Shown: positions 1 to 11,700 of the stretch, in pieces
How the letters are laid out: each line of letters starts with the position of its first letter
How positions within the stretch are numbered: the first letter of the stretch is position 1
Assembly (NCBI GenBank): GCA_001655205.1
Contig: LPNZ01003227.1
Location: 1-43,588, forward strand
DNA length: 43,588 bases
Direction: 5' to 3'
DNA from: Lenisia limosa
Taxonomy: Eukaryota; Protista; Breviatea
The notes under the pieces: generated by a model
What the model was told of the DNA's origin: nothing
Seen by the model: only the letters and a program-made list of their open reading frames with translations
Database searches by the model: none
Translations under genes and position numbers: made by a program

Positions 1-1011
1 CCCCCCCCCCCCCCATTTCTCTAACCCATTTACATAAAAGAAGAAGGAAAATCATGTTGCACTTTTTCCAGCTGGCGCGACCTATGCACAAGAAGAGTAT
101 TAGCCTGTAATGAAGTACTGTAATCAAGCTGCAGTAAAGCAAGTGGCCTGCAAGTGGCAAGCTGTTATTATAAAAGGGCGGGGACGCGGGGATTGCGGAG
201 CGGAAGCGGAAGCGGATGAGTGACTGTGCTCTTAAATCATCCCAGGTGCTCCTGTACTACCCATGCCAGGTTACGCGCCCGCATCTCCGCAATTGTGTCT
301 CCGCTTTGCATCAGTGTCCATTCATCACTGGAGACACCACTACAACACTGCAACAGCCTCTCTTAACTACCTCTCTTTCCCAGTCTCTTCTCTACTTTCA
401 TGCTGGTTAGGCCCTACCACCCCCTTCCCTCACCCTCACCAACTCGCCTTGCTTTGGCAAACCAAAGGCGTAGCTTGTCTCCTGCTGCATCCTTGTTTTG
501 ATGGCCAGCCCTTTTCAAGTTCTTCTTGTACGGATGGTGGTCTTCATTGACTTTTTTTAGATAGCTGTTGTGGTTCATTCTCTTCTCTGCTCATGCTCTG
601 CTTTATTGTAAGCGGGGCTCAGGTGGTATACAAGACTTACTAGTATGTAGCCCACATAGACTTCTTTATTATTGTGTTTCTAAAGTACAGACTTGCATCA
701 CTATCTCATCACACTGATACTCTTATTTTTTTTCATTTCTACATTCTCAGCACACTCCCTATTTTGGTGACATACAAGGCGTGTATGATATGACTTTAGG
801 CTTATGAAGAACCTCAGTATTGGGGGAGCACTCAGCAACAGGGAGAATTCAATCGTTTCAAAAGGCACTGTCGATCAAGTTAGTGTTTTTGCCTAGCTTT
901 TAATCTAATTCATGATTCAGAGATTGTTTTCTGCTGCTGCCAGTTTGGTAAGCTTAAAGTAACAGTTAGGTTTACTTGTCTCACGAACAAAAAATGCAAC
1001 TCCGAGAGACT

Positions 1012-1032
1012 TTATTATTATTATTATTATTG
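1012..1032 (+). repeat. (TTA)7 microsatellite
   Basis: ttattattattattattattg read directly; probably intronic in the 5' part of the lectin gene. Confidence 0.85.
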
Positions 1033-1335
1033 TTTTTGCATAATCCTCCTCGTGTTCTTTTCAATTGTCCTTCACAGGCCTCGTATTCATTAGTTTAGAA
1101 TGTGACTCATTTATCTTGCCAAAACTGCACGTGTAGCAACATTGCACTAGTATGTTTCTGTGTACTCAATAAACTTACTCAGAGTTGCAAATTATTGTAT
1201 CAAAAAAATTTTAAGATAAAACAATAAAAGCAGTGAAAGTTAATAGTTAAGTTTGATTTGAGATCCTGTAATAAAAACAAGGTCACAATGTTGTTGAAGA
1301 ATTGGGAAAGATAATATTTTCTCATTTCAACATAG

Positions 1336-2525
1336 GAATCTGTTGCTATTCAGTTTGACTTTACGACACTGAATGCTACAAGAAATGATATTATTTCAAA
1401 GCTTAGCCTCGCAAGACAAAAGGTTTGCTCTCTTTGTCAAGTTGTATTGTCCCATACATACCCACAAGTGATATTTGGAGTCGAAATAATGAACGGAGAT
1501 ATTATGAGGGCTCATCCCGAGTGTGTCAGCATATCATCATTGAGCCTTTCTGTCAATGTTTCACAAGAGTGAATATGAGGTATCATCACTGCGTGGAAAG
1601 TAAATGTTCACACTTGTGAAAGTGACCCAAAAAGTGATATTTGCTGACCTCGTAGCTGAGTGACCTGAAGGTGCCTCTTCGCTCTGTTTATCATGGAAGA
1701 AACTTCTTCAATCTTTTTACACTTCTTCAGAATAAGTTTCCTTACACGTAAGTTAATGAGTTTTTTTTAACTCCAAGTAGGGTCTTTACAGACGGTGGGC
1801 ATTTTCGTCAGATTCACTATCGCACTGATAATATTTTTAATTTTGACGCAGCCGACACCGAATGTGCTGCTAACGGAGTAGGATCAAGAGGGATTAACTA
1901 ACTGTTTCAGGGACGTCTTTATTATCCAAAAGATGGTTCAGAAGTGAACATTGTTATTAATACTGCTGATATTTCCTATGTTGAAGACTTCCAAATTTGG
2001 ACTGGACTCAGAGAAGATGTAAGCAATGCAAGTTGTCTTCTCCCATTATCACTGTCTGGAAAAAGTGATATTAGTGACTTTCTTGGTCAATCTGGTTTGT
2101 CTTTTTTCAATCTATCACAGTTTCTCGATTTATTGTTCCAGGGGGGGCCAGGTGTATGGCAAACTCGTTTTGGTGAATCTAGTTTCCCCCTTTTGTAGGT
2201 TGAGTGAAGTGTGTTGCATTTACCAATTCAGGTGGGATGCAGGAGAACCAAACAATTATGGTTGCAGTGGGGGACTCCGGGAAGACTGTGGAACACTGAA
2301 GAAGAGAAGTGGTAGGGTGCAGATCTTCTGATATCACCTTCAAGGAGTCTTTGTGTTAAATGACGCATGTTGTGACACAGTCATCTCCTTTTTGTGCGAG
2401 CACCGGGTGTCTAATCACCACACCTCGCAAGCCTTCAACGATTACTTCAAATAGCACTAAGATACTTTTATTTATTTATCCTCTGTATCACTGTAGGTAT
2501 TATTCCAACATTTGTAGTATTATGA
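1336..2525 (+). CDS. C-type lectin domain (CTLD) protein, multi-exon; further 5' exons probably lie at about 580-1280 (unresolved)
   Basis: Phase-consistent GT-AG splicing gives ESVAIQFDFTT...ARQK|VPLRSVYHG...FDAADTECAANG|GRLYYPKDGSE...IWTGLRED|GGPGVWQTRFGESSFPLL|WDAGEPNNYGCSGGLREDCGTLKKRS|GVFVLNDACCDTVISFLCEHR. This carries the CTLD hallmarks: WTGL (WIGL-like), W..GEPNN, EDC, LND (WND-like) and terminal C...FLC. The stop position is tentative. Confidence 0.78.
1506..1640 (+). repeat. Dispersed repeat family A, copy 1, inside the 248-nt intron 1423-1670 of the CTLD gene
   Basis: Blocks gagggctcatcccgagtgtg, atgaggtatcatcactgcgtggaaa and gacccaaaaagtgatat match 14992-15095 in the same order. 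Confidence 0.85.
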
Positions 2526-2596
2526 CAGGCTATTAGGCAAAGAGGCAAAACATAAAGCATTAAAAAAACATTCCGTAGGATTGACCTACACCAGGA

Positions 2597-2666
2597 CTTG
2601 GACGCAGACAAGGTGGGGGTTCGAGGCTAGGAGGTGTATTTATATCTCTTCACCTCCTAGTCCAAG
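2597..2666. repeat. Interrupted hairpin between the convergent CTLD and peroxidase genes
   Basis: ctaggaggtg (2627-2636) and cacctcctag (2651-2660) form a perfect 10-bp stem; cttggac (2597-2603) pairs with gtccaag (2660-2666). Confidence 0.7.
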
Positions 2667-2979
2667 GACGGTTAGAGTAATATTCTACACTGGCAATAGA
2701 TGAATTGTACCTTTGGGTTTAGGAGGAATGGATGCCTCCCAAAGTGTACTGAGGGATTATCATATAATACTGGTATCTAGGTCCTGGTCTGTGTCAACAT
2801 TTGGCATGTTCCTTCAGAGATGAATTCGAAAAAGTGAATTTCAAAATATAATAAAATGCATTCACTAAATTAATGATGTACAAAATGATGACAGCTAGAT
2901 AATCTATACTTTCACAACAACGACGTCAACTTCCTCCATTAAAACTTCACCTGTGGTGAGGTTACAACAGGTTCATATG

Positions 2980-5273
2980 TCACAGACTGAATTGTGTATC
3001 AGCAACCTTGGAAGTCCCGCCAATTGACTTGCAGTAGGCCTTTCCTCCGTTCTTGTTCGTGAAAACAATTCCGTCATTAGCACTTCAAACCTCTGGAACA
3101 ACGAACATGTCATGTGGAATGCATTCAATGTTTGTGTTTCTCAAAACAATATCACTCAATTTGGTGGTCTGAACCAAGGCAATTTCGGAAGATGTCATTG
3201 TAGCCTCGTACCTAATGTTACATACAAGCTAGTAAACCAGAATCTATCACCATTTTTGATTCGATTCATTTGGTCAGAGATAATGGTGGCGAACAGTTCT
3301 CCAATTGCAGCGTCTCCTGAGAAATAAGGTGTTATTTTCAAACCTGAAGGAGTCTCAGCAAGTCCTCCGATAAACAAATCAATATCATCAACATTGGAGT
3401 ATGCAACACTCAAATGGCATGCAACCTTGAGCATTAGATTATGAAAATTAGACTGAAATGAAAATAATCTCAAAGTGGCGCACTTCTTCGTCCCTGGTGA
3501 CTTCAGCGAAGCTAGATTTCCTTCCCAGTCCCATCGCCTCACGAACATCGTTGTAACTTCCAAGTCCTTTTAGGTTACAGAAAAGTTTCCAACCATGGTC
3601 TCTTCCTCGGAAAATATCCAATGAAAACAGATCCAAGCCACGATCACGGCCAAAGAGCATATTACGCATTTCAGTTACTCCATAAGCATCAATCTCCTGT
3701 TCAACCTGGACAGAAATACCTGAAATCAATAAGGAGAGGAGGCGTGCAAACCTCTTAACAGCGGTTCAATTCCTCCTTCGGTCATGACCTTGAAAGGGTT
3801 CTGGAGGTAAGGTCCAGCCATTCCAGGAGTAATTTGAAAAAACCCTCACTTACAAAGAAACCATCTGCAAAACTTAAGTGTCCTTCTTTGATCATTTTCC
3901 ATTTGGAATCCAGTCGCAACATTTCGTGATTAACTTCACTATGCCCATATCTGAAATGTCACGATGTTGACCTTTTACCTGAAAGCTGCATGACTAAATT
4001 CATTCGCAATAGTGGGTTCCAGAGTACTATCATAGGTGTATCCCTTTTTATGGAATGAACCCAAAAGGACGGGAAGATATTCACGATCAGTGATTGATTG
4101 CATAAAAGCAATAACCCATCTGAAAGGTAAATAGGAAACTGAAGGCTCACCGTCTGGCTTCTTGAAAAACTTGCTCATCACTCCAATTTGAATTGGCAGT
4201 TTTGATCTTATAAGATAAATAAATCAAGGAGCTCCTCCCTTCCAACCTGCTTGGCCAGCCTGTTATGTTCTCTCACAAAAAGTGCATGGAAAGCAACCAG
4301 TAGTGGGTTTTCATTGCCTCGTACATCCCCAGTTGCAAGAAGACTTGTCACCGGTTTTTCTATTCTGTGAGTTACCACACTTCTTACGCATTGGATTGGC
4401 CATACTAACCCCAAGTGTGTTAAATGGAGGAAACTCTCCAGTTGGCAATACCTAGAAGTGTGACTAGCGGTTTCACCCCAAACAATTGATTTGAGAAGAC
4501 CATCTCTCATAGTGCGAAGAGAGTCACAACGTGCTTCATCACTATTGGAAATTAACAAATTACATTTACAAACCTTCCATAAACAAAAGAAGCATCAAGC
4601 CACGCTGATACGACAGAAGGCTGTTCTCTTGGGTTAGACTTGGAGTTCCCAGTGCCTTTGACAAAAGCAGAGCGGTCAGTATGCATTTTAACTTCGCAAG
4701 TATTGGAAGGGTCCTCGAAGGTCAAAAGACGAAAAACTCACAAAATGAATGTCCCCACATGGAACTTGCAGAACAGCACCTTCATCTTTGGAACCGGGGG
4801 TCAGGTCAAGGTTATGATCCACAACCTGTCCCCATATCATAACAACATCCTGGAGGAGGAGTCAGTCAAACTCAAAAATGAATAAAACCATATTTATCCC
4901 AGCTCAACATACACCCACCCCCAAGCAAACAGAAAGCAGTTTTGAGCTTGGGCGAGACATGTGCTGGGCGCTGACAATATTGGAAATCATTCGCTCAGAA
5001 GGCCGACCTTTTCCGCCAGGAGTTGAGATACCTGGAGGCGACCAGTCATGGCATAAAAATCACGCAAACCGTCATCATAATGATACCCTGCATGGCGAAT
5101 CAGAGGGTTTCCGGCCTTTCCCCATTCATCATTTTCCTCATTATTTCCAGTTCCATTGTAGGAATAAAAACCTGAAATATTAGTCCCGTGTATTCAAGCA
5201 GAAACACACTCTTTGCCAAAATTGTTGGAGAGAGAAGAGTGACAAGAAGTAGGAAACGGAGTATCATTCTCAT
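2980..5273 (-). CDS. Secreted haem peroxidase of the peroxidase-cyclooxygenase (animal haem peroxidase) superfamily
   Basis: Signal peptide MRMILRFLLLVTLLSPTILA, then SYNGTGNN...WGKAGNPLIR, distal WGQVVDHNLDLT, SAWLDASFVYG, GDVRGNENPLL, FVREHNRLA, proximal NEFSHAAFRYGHS, DIFRGRDHG, DIDLFIGGLAE and IKNGDRFWF. Multiple short introns; the last exon is tentative. Confidence 0.93.
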
Positions 5274-5760
5274 CAAGAAATAATACACAGAGAGAGCAGG
5301 TCTTCAGTTCGTATGTATGTTCACTGTAAAAAACCCGACGTTTTTCATTTTTGACTTTAAGTAAACAGTTGCCTTATTTGGAAAAAGACACTGAGCCGTA
5401 CCGGGCGCGTTAAAAACTCTGGCACGCTTCCACTGTTCTGACCAGCTCTTACGCTCTTGCAAGCTCAAGACTCTTAAGAATTATTATTAACAAATACATT
5501 TTAGTTAGAAACTTAGAAAAGAGAACTTCTGGTGATAATAGAGAAGGAATAGCATTATTCAATCCAGTCAAATTTTTTTATCTTCGTGAGTTATATTTTT
5601 GCTTTTGTTGAAACAAGTGAGAAACACAAAACGCAGCGTATACAGTTCTCGTAAGTAATTAATGTAAAATATAGAAATAAATTATCAAATAAAAACTGAC
5701 TATGATCAAATAGCCCCCTCTAAGAGCGTAAGATCCGTATCTTCCAAAAGATAGTCAGAT

Positions 5761-8700
5761 ATGGCTTCTATATCTGGAACTAACCATGGGAAGTCAAGAG
5801 GACAGCTTTCTAACTCTCTTGAAGAGGTAAGCCTTTTTACTGAAGTGCGCTGTTCATCAATTGCCGGGTCGACAAAGCTTAATACTCTTTAGGGGATGTT
5901 CTCTGTGCTTTATACTATGGTAAAAGGTGGCTGGGGTTAAGTTAAAATCTCTTCTATTACCTTATCCACGAGGTCACCACGCTTATTAAGTTTATAAACT
6001 TATAATTTCAGATAATCCGCTCTCTTTTCCGCAATTTGTGCTGTACATTTTTGTGAACAGTTTTTTCCAATGGACTGCTTTCTCCTTCAATGGAGTCCCT
6101 TGGGGAATTGGTGAGTATCAGTTGGGAATGTAATTCAGTAACTGTGGCGGTTTTACTTTTCGAGTCTGGCTATGATCATACATGGGCAATATACTTTGAA
6201 ATTATCATGGCAAGCAGTCCCTTCACACTTTTTAGGTGATCGACCGACAAATTTCTTTACCTTCTTCCAATTACCAATTTTTTGGATGTCGAACCAAACC
6301 TCATATCTCTTGACATATTCAGTCGTATTCCTCACCATTGCGGTTTGTGGATCCATTTGAAGACTGAATAACTCTCTAGCTTTCATTTGTATGTGCCTTA
6401 TACGTTATCCAAGCCTTCCAAAAAGATCGGTTTAAATACGTGTTCCCTCTTCGGGCACTGAGAATTCTTGTTTTCATTCTGGTATGATAGCGAATGCTAT
6501 GAACTCACACACAGGTAACCATTCTTTACATCCCGGTTTCTAAGCTGCTGCTGGTTTGTTTAAAGTGTGAGAATCTCAACGGACAACTTGTTATGTGGGT
6601 CATCAATGACCAAAGCTTGACTGACTTAACAGGACAATGTTCCCTGACGCGAAGTGTTGGGAGTGGCCAATGATTGTGCCTGAAATCCTCACAATCGTTA
6701 TCCTCCCGCTCTTCTTTCCTGTCGCTGTACTAGTCCGTCTTGTGTACTTCCAAACAAACCCCAAAAAAGGCAACCCCCTTGCAAGGTCGTCTGGTCGGCT
6801 TGATGCTCAACAGCTTGTCTTTGTGTCCGTCCTGGTTGTTGTCTACACTCTCATTGATGGGTAGGCGTTTGACTAGCCTGGTGGCAATTCTTACCAACAG
6901 TTATTCCACTGAAAAGGCCTGCTTTCTGACTGCTGTTAATCTCCATCTCTTCCGAGCCTACTATAACGCCATGCCTTACTACGTTACCCGAACAAACCGC
7001 ATCAAGTGAGTTGAGTCACATTGGTTAACGCCGCAGACTTGGCTTTCAATTGAGTCAAACAGTGACTTCACTCCTCTCAATTGTGGTCATCCAGTTCAAC
7101 TCCAATGACGAATTCACTTATTGGTATGTGCCTCTTCACTCCTTCTCACTGTAAAAGGTTCGCAGTGCTGTGGCTCTTTTTGCTCTTCCCTTCCCTTTGG
7201 TTTGGTCATAAACTTGCCGACATTCGTTTGAAACGAGCTGAGAAGCGCTGGCTTGGAACAATGCAGTTCTCTAGGGTTGGGTGGTCTAGTTCGTGTTCTC
7301 ATTCTTCAGTTCTACAAAGACCCAACAGTCGTGTCTACAAATGCCGAGTTGGGAGCTGAGGCGGCGACAGAGTCATCGTAGGTCGTCAAATTCGCTTCTG
7401 ACTCCCCAGAGCCGCAACGGAGTCGCCTAGAGAGAACTTGGATTCTCCTGAACAAATGCGGAACCCTTCTTATACCACGCCACTGAGGCAAACCGTTGTA
7501 TGTCATAGTGTGGTCATCTAATCGTTGTTCAGCCTGATGACGCGAGCGTGGCGTCGCACCCGTTTTCGACCCATTCGGCAATGGTGGATCATACGCAAAT
7601 GGTAGACAATGGCTTATGCTTATTGCTTTAGTCCGAGGCGGTAATGGACGGATACATTCAAGACGCCTACACTTCCAGTGATGAATCAGATCATGATCCT
7701 CTCCAGGCTTACCTCGTAGGCCGCCTTTCCCTGTTTCTGATTATCAGGATAATGGTTTTCTTGAGGATGCAGACCCGCCCCCTATCTTCGGCTCCGAAAC
7801 AGACATTGATGTGGCGTGTCGCCTTGTGATTCACCGAATGCGTTTGTTTTGGCAACACTATGCCCTTTAATGTTTTAGGCCCTCCATACATTGCGATGGC
7901 GCTTGCTCATGCCACCGATCTTTACGAAGAAGGGTGCAAGCTCTTCAAGTCGAGTGCTTGGGTCCGTATTATTTATAGTCACTTCCTGGTATGTGGGTAG
8001 ACTATATAAGAAATTCTAAAGATAGCATGCCGTTTTTTTACGCTTCAGGTGTTCTACATGAAGGACCCGCTTGAGGCCAGAGCTCAGGTGAGGAGGAGTG
8101 GCCTGGTTTTATTGACTTTTCCCAGATTTCGGCTGCAAAAACAATGTCTCCGTTTATTGATTGTCGGTTTTTCATCTTCATGAGAGAGAAAGATTGGGCT
8201 CTGGAGAGTTTGGCACATGAGGGTGGAGGTGACATTATCAACAGTGTGGAGTTCCAGTCTAATTATGAACAGGTAAGAGTTAATCTAGACCTGGTGGGTT
8301 TTATCCTTCAAGGCAGTTTCTCAGCACAACGCTGCTCTTTCGAATATTCGCCTCTTTTGGACGACACTCCTTCCGAAGCATGTAGCTTTGGAGCAATTGC
8401 CCGCCCTCGCCCAAAAGATTAACCTCACACAACGGAGGGCTGGAACAATTTGTACGTGTTCTTCACTCTATTTAGTTTTCTGATTTTGTAGACGCCAAAC
8501 TCGTTTCAAATCACCCAAACAATCGCTCTCTTCTCCGCAAATATGCCCACTTCCTTATGTATGTGCAAAATGAGCCAGATGCTGCCGCGTATTACTTCGA
8601 TAAAGCCGAAGAACTGGAGGTTGGCTGTACTGCATTTAGTCATTGTGTAGGACAACGATAGGGAAGGACGAACAAAATCCTTCATCACTCGAGACACAGT

Positions 8701-11700
8701 AATCCGAAAGTAGGGTGATGCTGATGTTGGTGACGCTTTAGATTATCCCGTGCTGGCAGAGACTCACCTGCTATTGACAAGTAAGAAAAGTCGTTTTTGT
8801 GACATTTCAGGTCGGATGGAGAGAGTGTTGGGGACGGTATCCACCAGAGTCACAGTGGACTCAGTGTCAAAGACATGGAAGACAATAACCTTGAGAAGAA
8901 CTCGATGAGAAGCTCTGGACGAAGGTCAAGCGGTAGGAGTGCCTTTTGTTTTGCAGTGTAATTTCGCAGGTGGTACACAGAAGAGCGGTGGTAACACAAG
9001 TCATCAACGGCGCAAGCAGTACCGTGAGAATGTTCTCAGTCGCAAGTCTACAGCAAAACATATTCTTGAACTAACAATTGTCGTCTCCATGGCCCTTCTT
9101 CTTCTTCTTCACGCTCTTTTCTTCATTTTCATTGATATGGAGTATCGATCTCTTTCGGTGAGTGCCTTTTTTTATACAATATCATATTTCTGTTTTTGTT
9201 TTTTATTATTTACCTTGTCTACTATGCAATTACCATTCAGAATGTTTACGATAACATTGAGAAGTCCTGTGACCGCCCCTATTTAGTTCAGAGTCTTGCC
9301 ACACATGTAAGTTCGGTGTAGTTGTTCTGACTTTCAGACCCGTCGAATGGAAACAGCAGCGCTGGCAGGAATGGACAAAAGCGCTCGAGGCCTTCTTGAT
9401 GATGAAGATGAACCCTTGGTGGAGTCCCATTACTCAGTTTCTATTTCTGATCTCTATTCCGACATTCACAAAGAGAGGGATGATTACGTAAGTCAGGTAT
9501 TGCTGTTGTCTCACCACTAGGCTCTGACAAGACGTGAGCTGGAGCCTGGACTGCCAACGTCTGAGAATGAGGGTCTTACACTGCTTATGGCGGGTACTGC
9601 CTTCACTAGAGTGAGTTGCTTCAATCTACTCAAGGTCATTACATATCTTTTTGCAGTAAGTCTCTACTGAAACTAGGATCATAGAGATCCGGCGGTTGTC
9701 TGTACACATAGAAAAACACCCACATATCGATATCGATCTGGTACTTTTTTCTTGCAATTTACCCCCCCCCCCCCNNNNNNNNNNNNNNNNNNNNNNNNNN
9801 NNNNNNNNNNNNNNNNNNNNNNNNNNNNNNNNNNNNNNNNNNNACCCATCGCAACCTTCTTCTTGGCGACAGCTCCACAACAGTAACGTCAAGTGCGATT
9901 GACGCTCTTTGGGAGACTCCTTTTGTTTGGGTATGCATGGTGATGTGTTTATGTCGTCTCATGTTCCAGGTTCGTAAGCCAATTGGGTCATCTACAGCAC
10001 CCACTTTTCCCCTGGGCGACACGAAAACTGGATGGGCTGCGGCCGCCGACCTCGAGCTGCTGAATCTCTGGGACGCAGGACATGAGCTCATCCAACATGT
10101 TGAAGTCGTGGCAGCCCTCCCGCACCCCCTCTCGTCTACTAATGTAACTGCCCGCAGTTTGGAGGCCTGGATGCAGCCAAGCAACTCCCCGCCTTTCTTT
10201 CCTTATTCACCTTCTTCTATTGGGCAACATGCAGACACGTGGTTTACCTTCGCTAACACCAACAACATTACGGACGCTTTCATTGTAGCATCTTATCTCT
10301 ACCAAGATATCGCCGAAGGAGTGAGTCTTTCACGTCATTGATTGTTCTAGATTTTGGACACGGCAGTCACAACCGCTTATGTCGTTTTTACTGTTACCAT
10401 TTTCCTTCTTCTGTCAATCACTATGGTTGTGTTCCGCCCAGTCTTTGCGAAGGTAGAGTTGTATTGTCTTTCTTCTCACCCGCAGATCCACAACGAGAGA
10501 ACCGCCGTGCTGCAGCTTTTCTTGGCTATTCCCAAGAAGGTCGTTTACGTCCTCGGCAAATCCGTGAAGGTGAGCAAGGTGCTGTTTTTTTGACCCGCAG
10601 GACCATGAGTTCAGCGGAGATAGCGACGCCGGTTCTCAAAACGATGAAGACGACATGCAGGATCAGGCTGCTCTACAAAAGGCTCAGGTTTGCTGATGAT
10701 TTTGTTTGTGTGGTTTGGTTAACTTAACAGGAGGCAAGTGGGCTGGTCCAAGAAAGTCAACAAAACAACCAAAAAGACCCACTGCGCCATTTGAACGCCA
10801 AAAACTTCTGCGCTTTCCTTCTCCTTATCCTTGCTGTTATTGGAGCCCTCTTAACTTCACTGTACTTCCACGCGCAGCTCAATGGGATCCACAGGGAAAT
10901 CACTGCAATCGGCCGGCAGCGTGTTGCGGTGTCAAGGTTTGCAAGGGATATTGATGACGCTTCAGAATTGCTATGCTATCGCAGGAGATGATCCGCAATG
11001 AGCGGTCCGCTTGGTTGGAAGAAACTTCAATTGAAGACCTTCTCAAAAACGAAACCGCTCTATTCGATGTATGCTTCTCACTCACTTTTTTACTTCTCAG
11101 AATCTGGTAATGGACTTGAAATGGGGTCTCAACGATCTTCCCGGCTACATTGATCGGTCAACTTCTCTGGATAATCTCCTTTTTGCCACCGGTTTGCCTA
11201 ACGAGGCCATTGACCCCCCAGGTGAATGTGCCGTTTCTGCGTCTTCAAGCATTATTTCGCTATGTAACGACTACGACGGTCTCTTGGCCCTGTCAGACAC
11301 CTTCACACGACACTCCGAGTCTCTCCTCGTCATGATGACCACTGAAAAGGTTGGACTATGGGTTCCTGGGCATGTCTTGCATGCCAACTCAAATTTCTCA
11401 TTGGTGATATTGATATCATTCTAATCCGAGACAACCCCGAATCCTTAACTTTCCAGAACTCAAGCAGATGGTTAACTGACACTTCTGCCCAATTCCCTGG
11501 AATAGCAGCCCGTCTGGACCAATTGATCATCGAATCAGAGATCCTTGCTAGTGGCCTTCTGGAAGGTTAGGCTTTCATTTTCTTCTTAACACTTTAGCAA
11601 TGAGCATCGTTCAATCATACTCGCGGTCGAATGTTTCAATGCATTCAACTTACCAAGGCTTCTGCATTGGCAGTCATTTTGTTTTCATCATTTCAATCTA

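Noticed and set aside
176-550. GC-rich TATA-like segment and two overlapping plus-strand ORFs as a retroelement or gene
   Set aside because: No recognisable RT, gag, integrase or other domain motifs and no supportable splice model; left unannotated.
2600-2640. tRNA suggested by ggttcga (T-loop-like)
   Set aside because: No cloverleaf or A-box; the sequence is part of a hairpin.
6153-6386. Minus-strand ORF MKARELF... as a separate gene
   Set aside because: It is the antisense shadow of phase-consistent TmcB-like exons on the plus strand.
10929-10984. Non-canonical GC-AG intron (ttt|gcaagg at 10941)
   Set aside because: A canonical phase-0 GT donor at 10929 gives an equally open frame; this needs RNA data.
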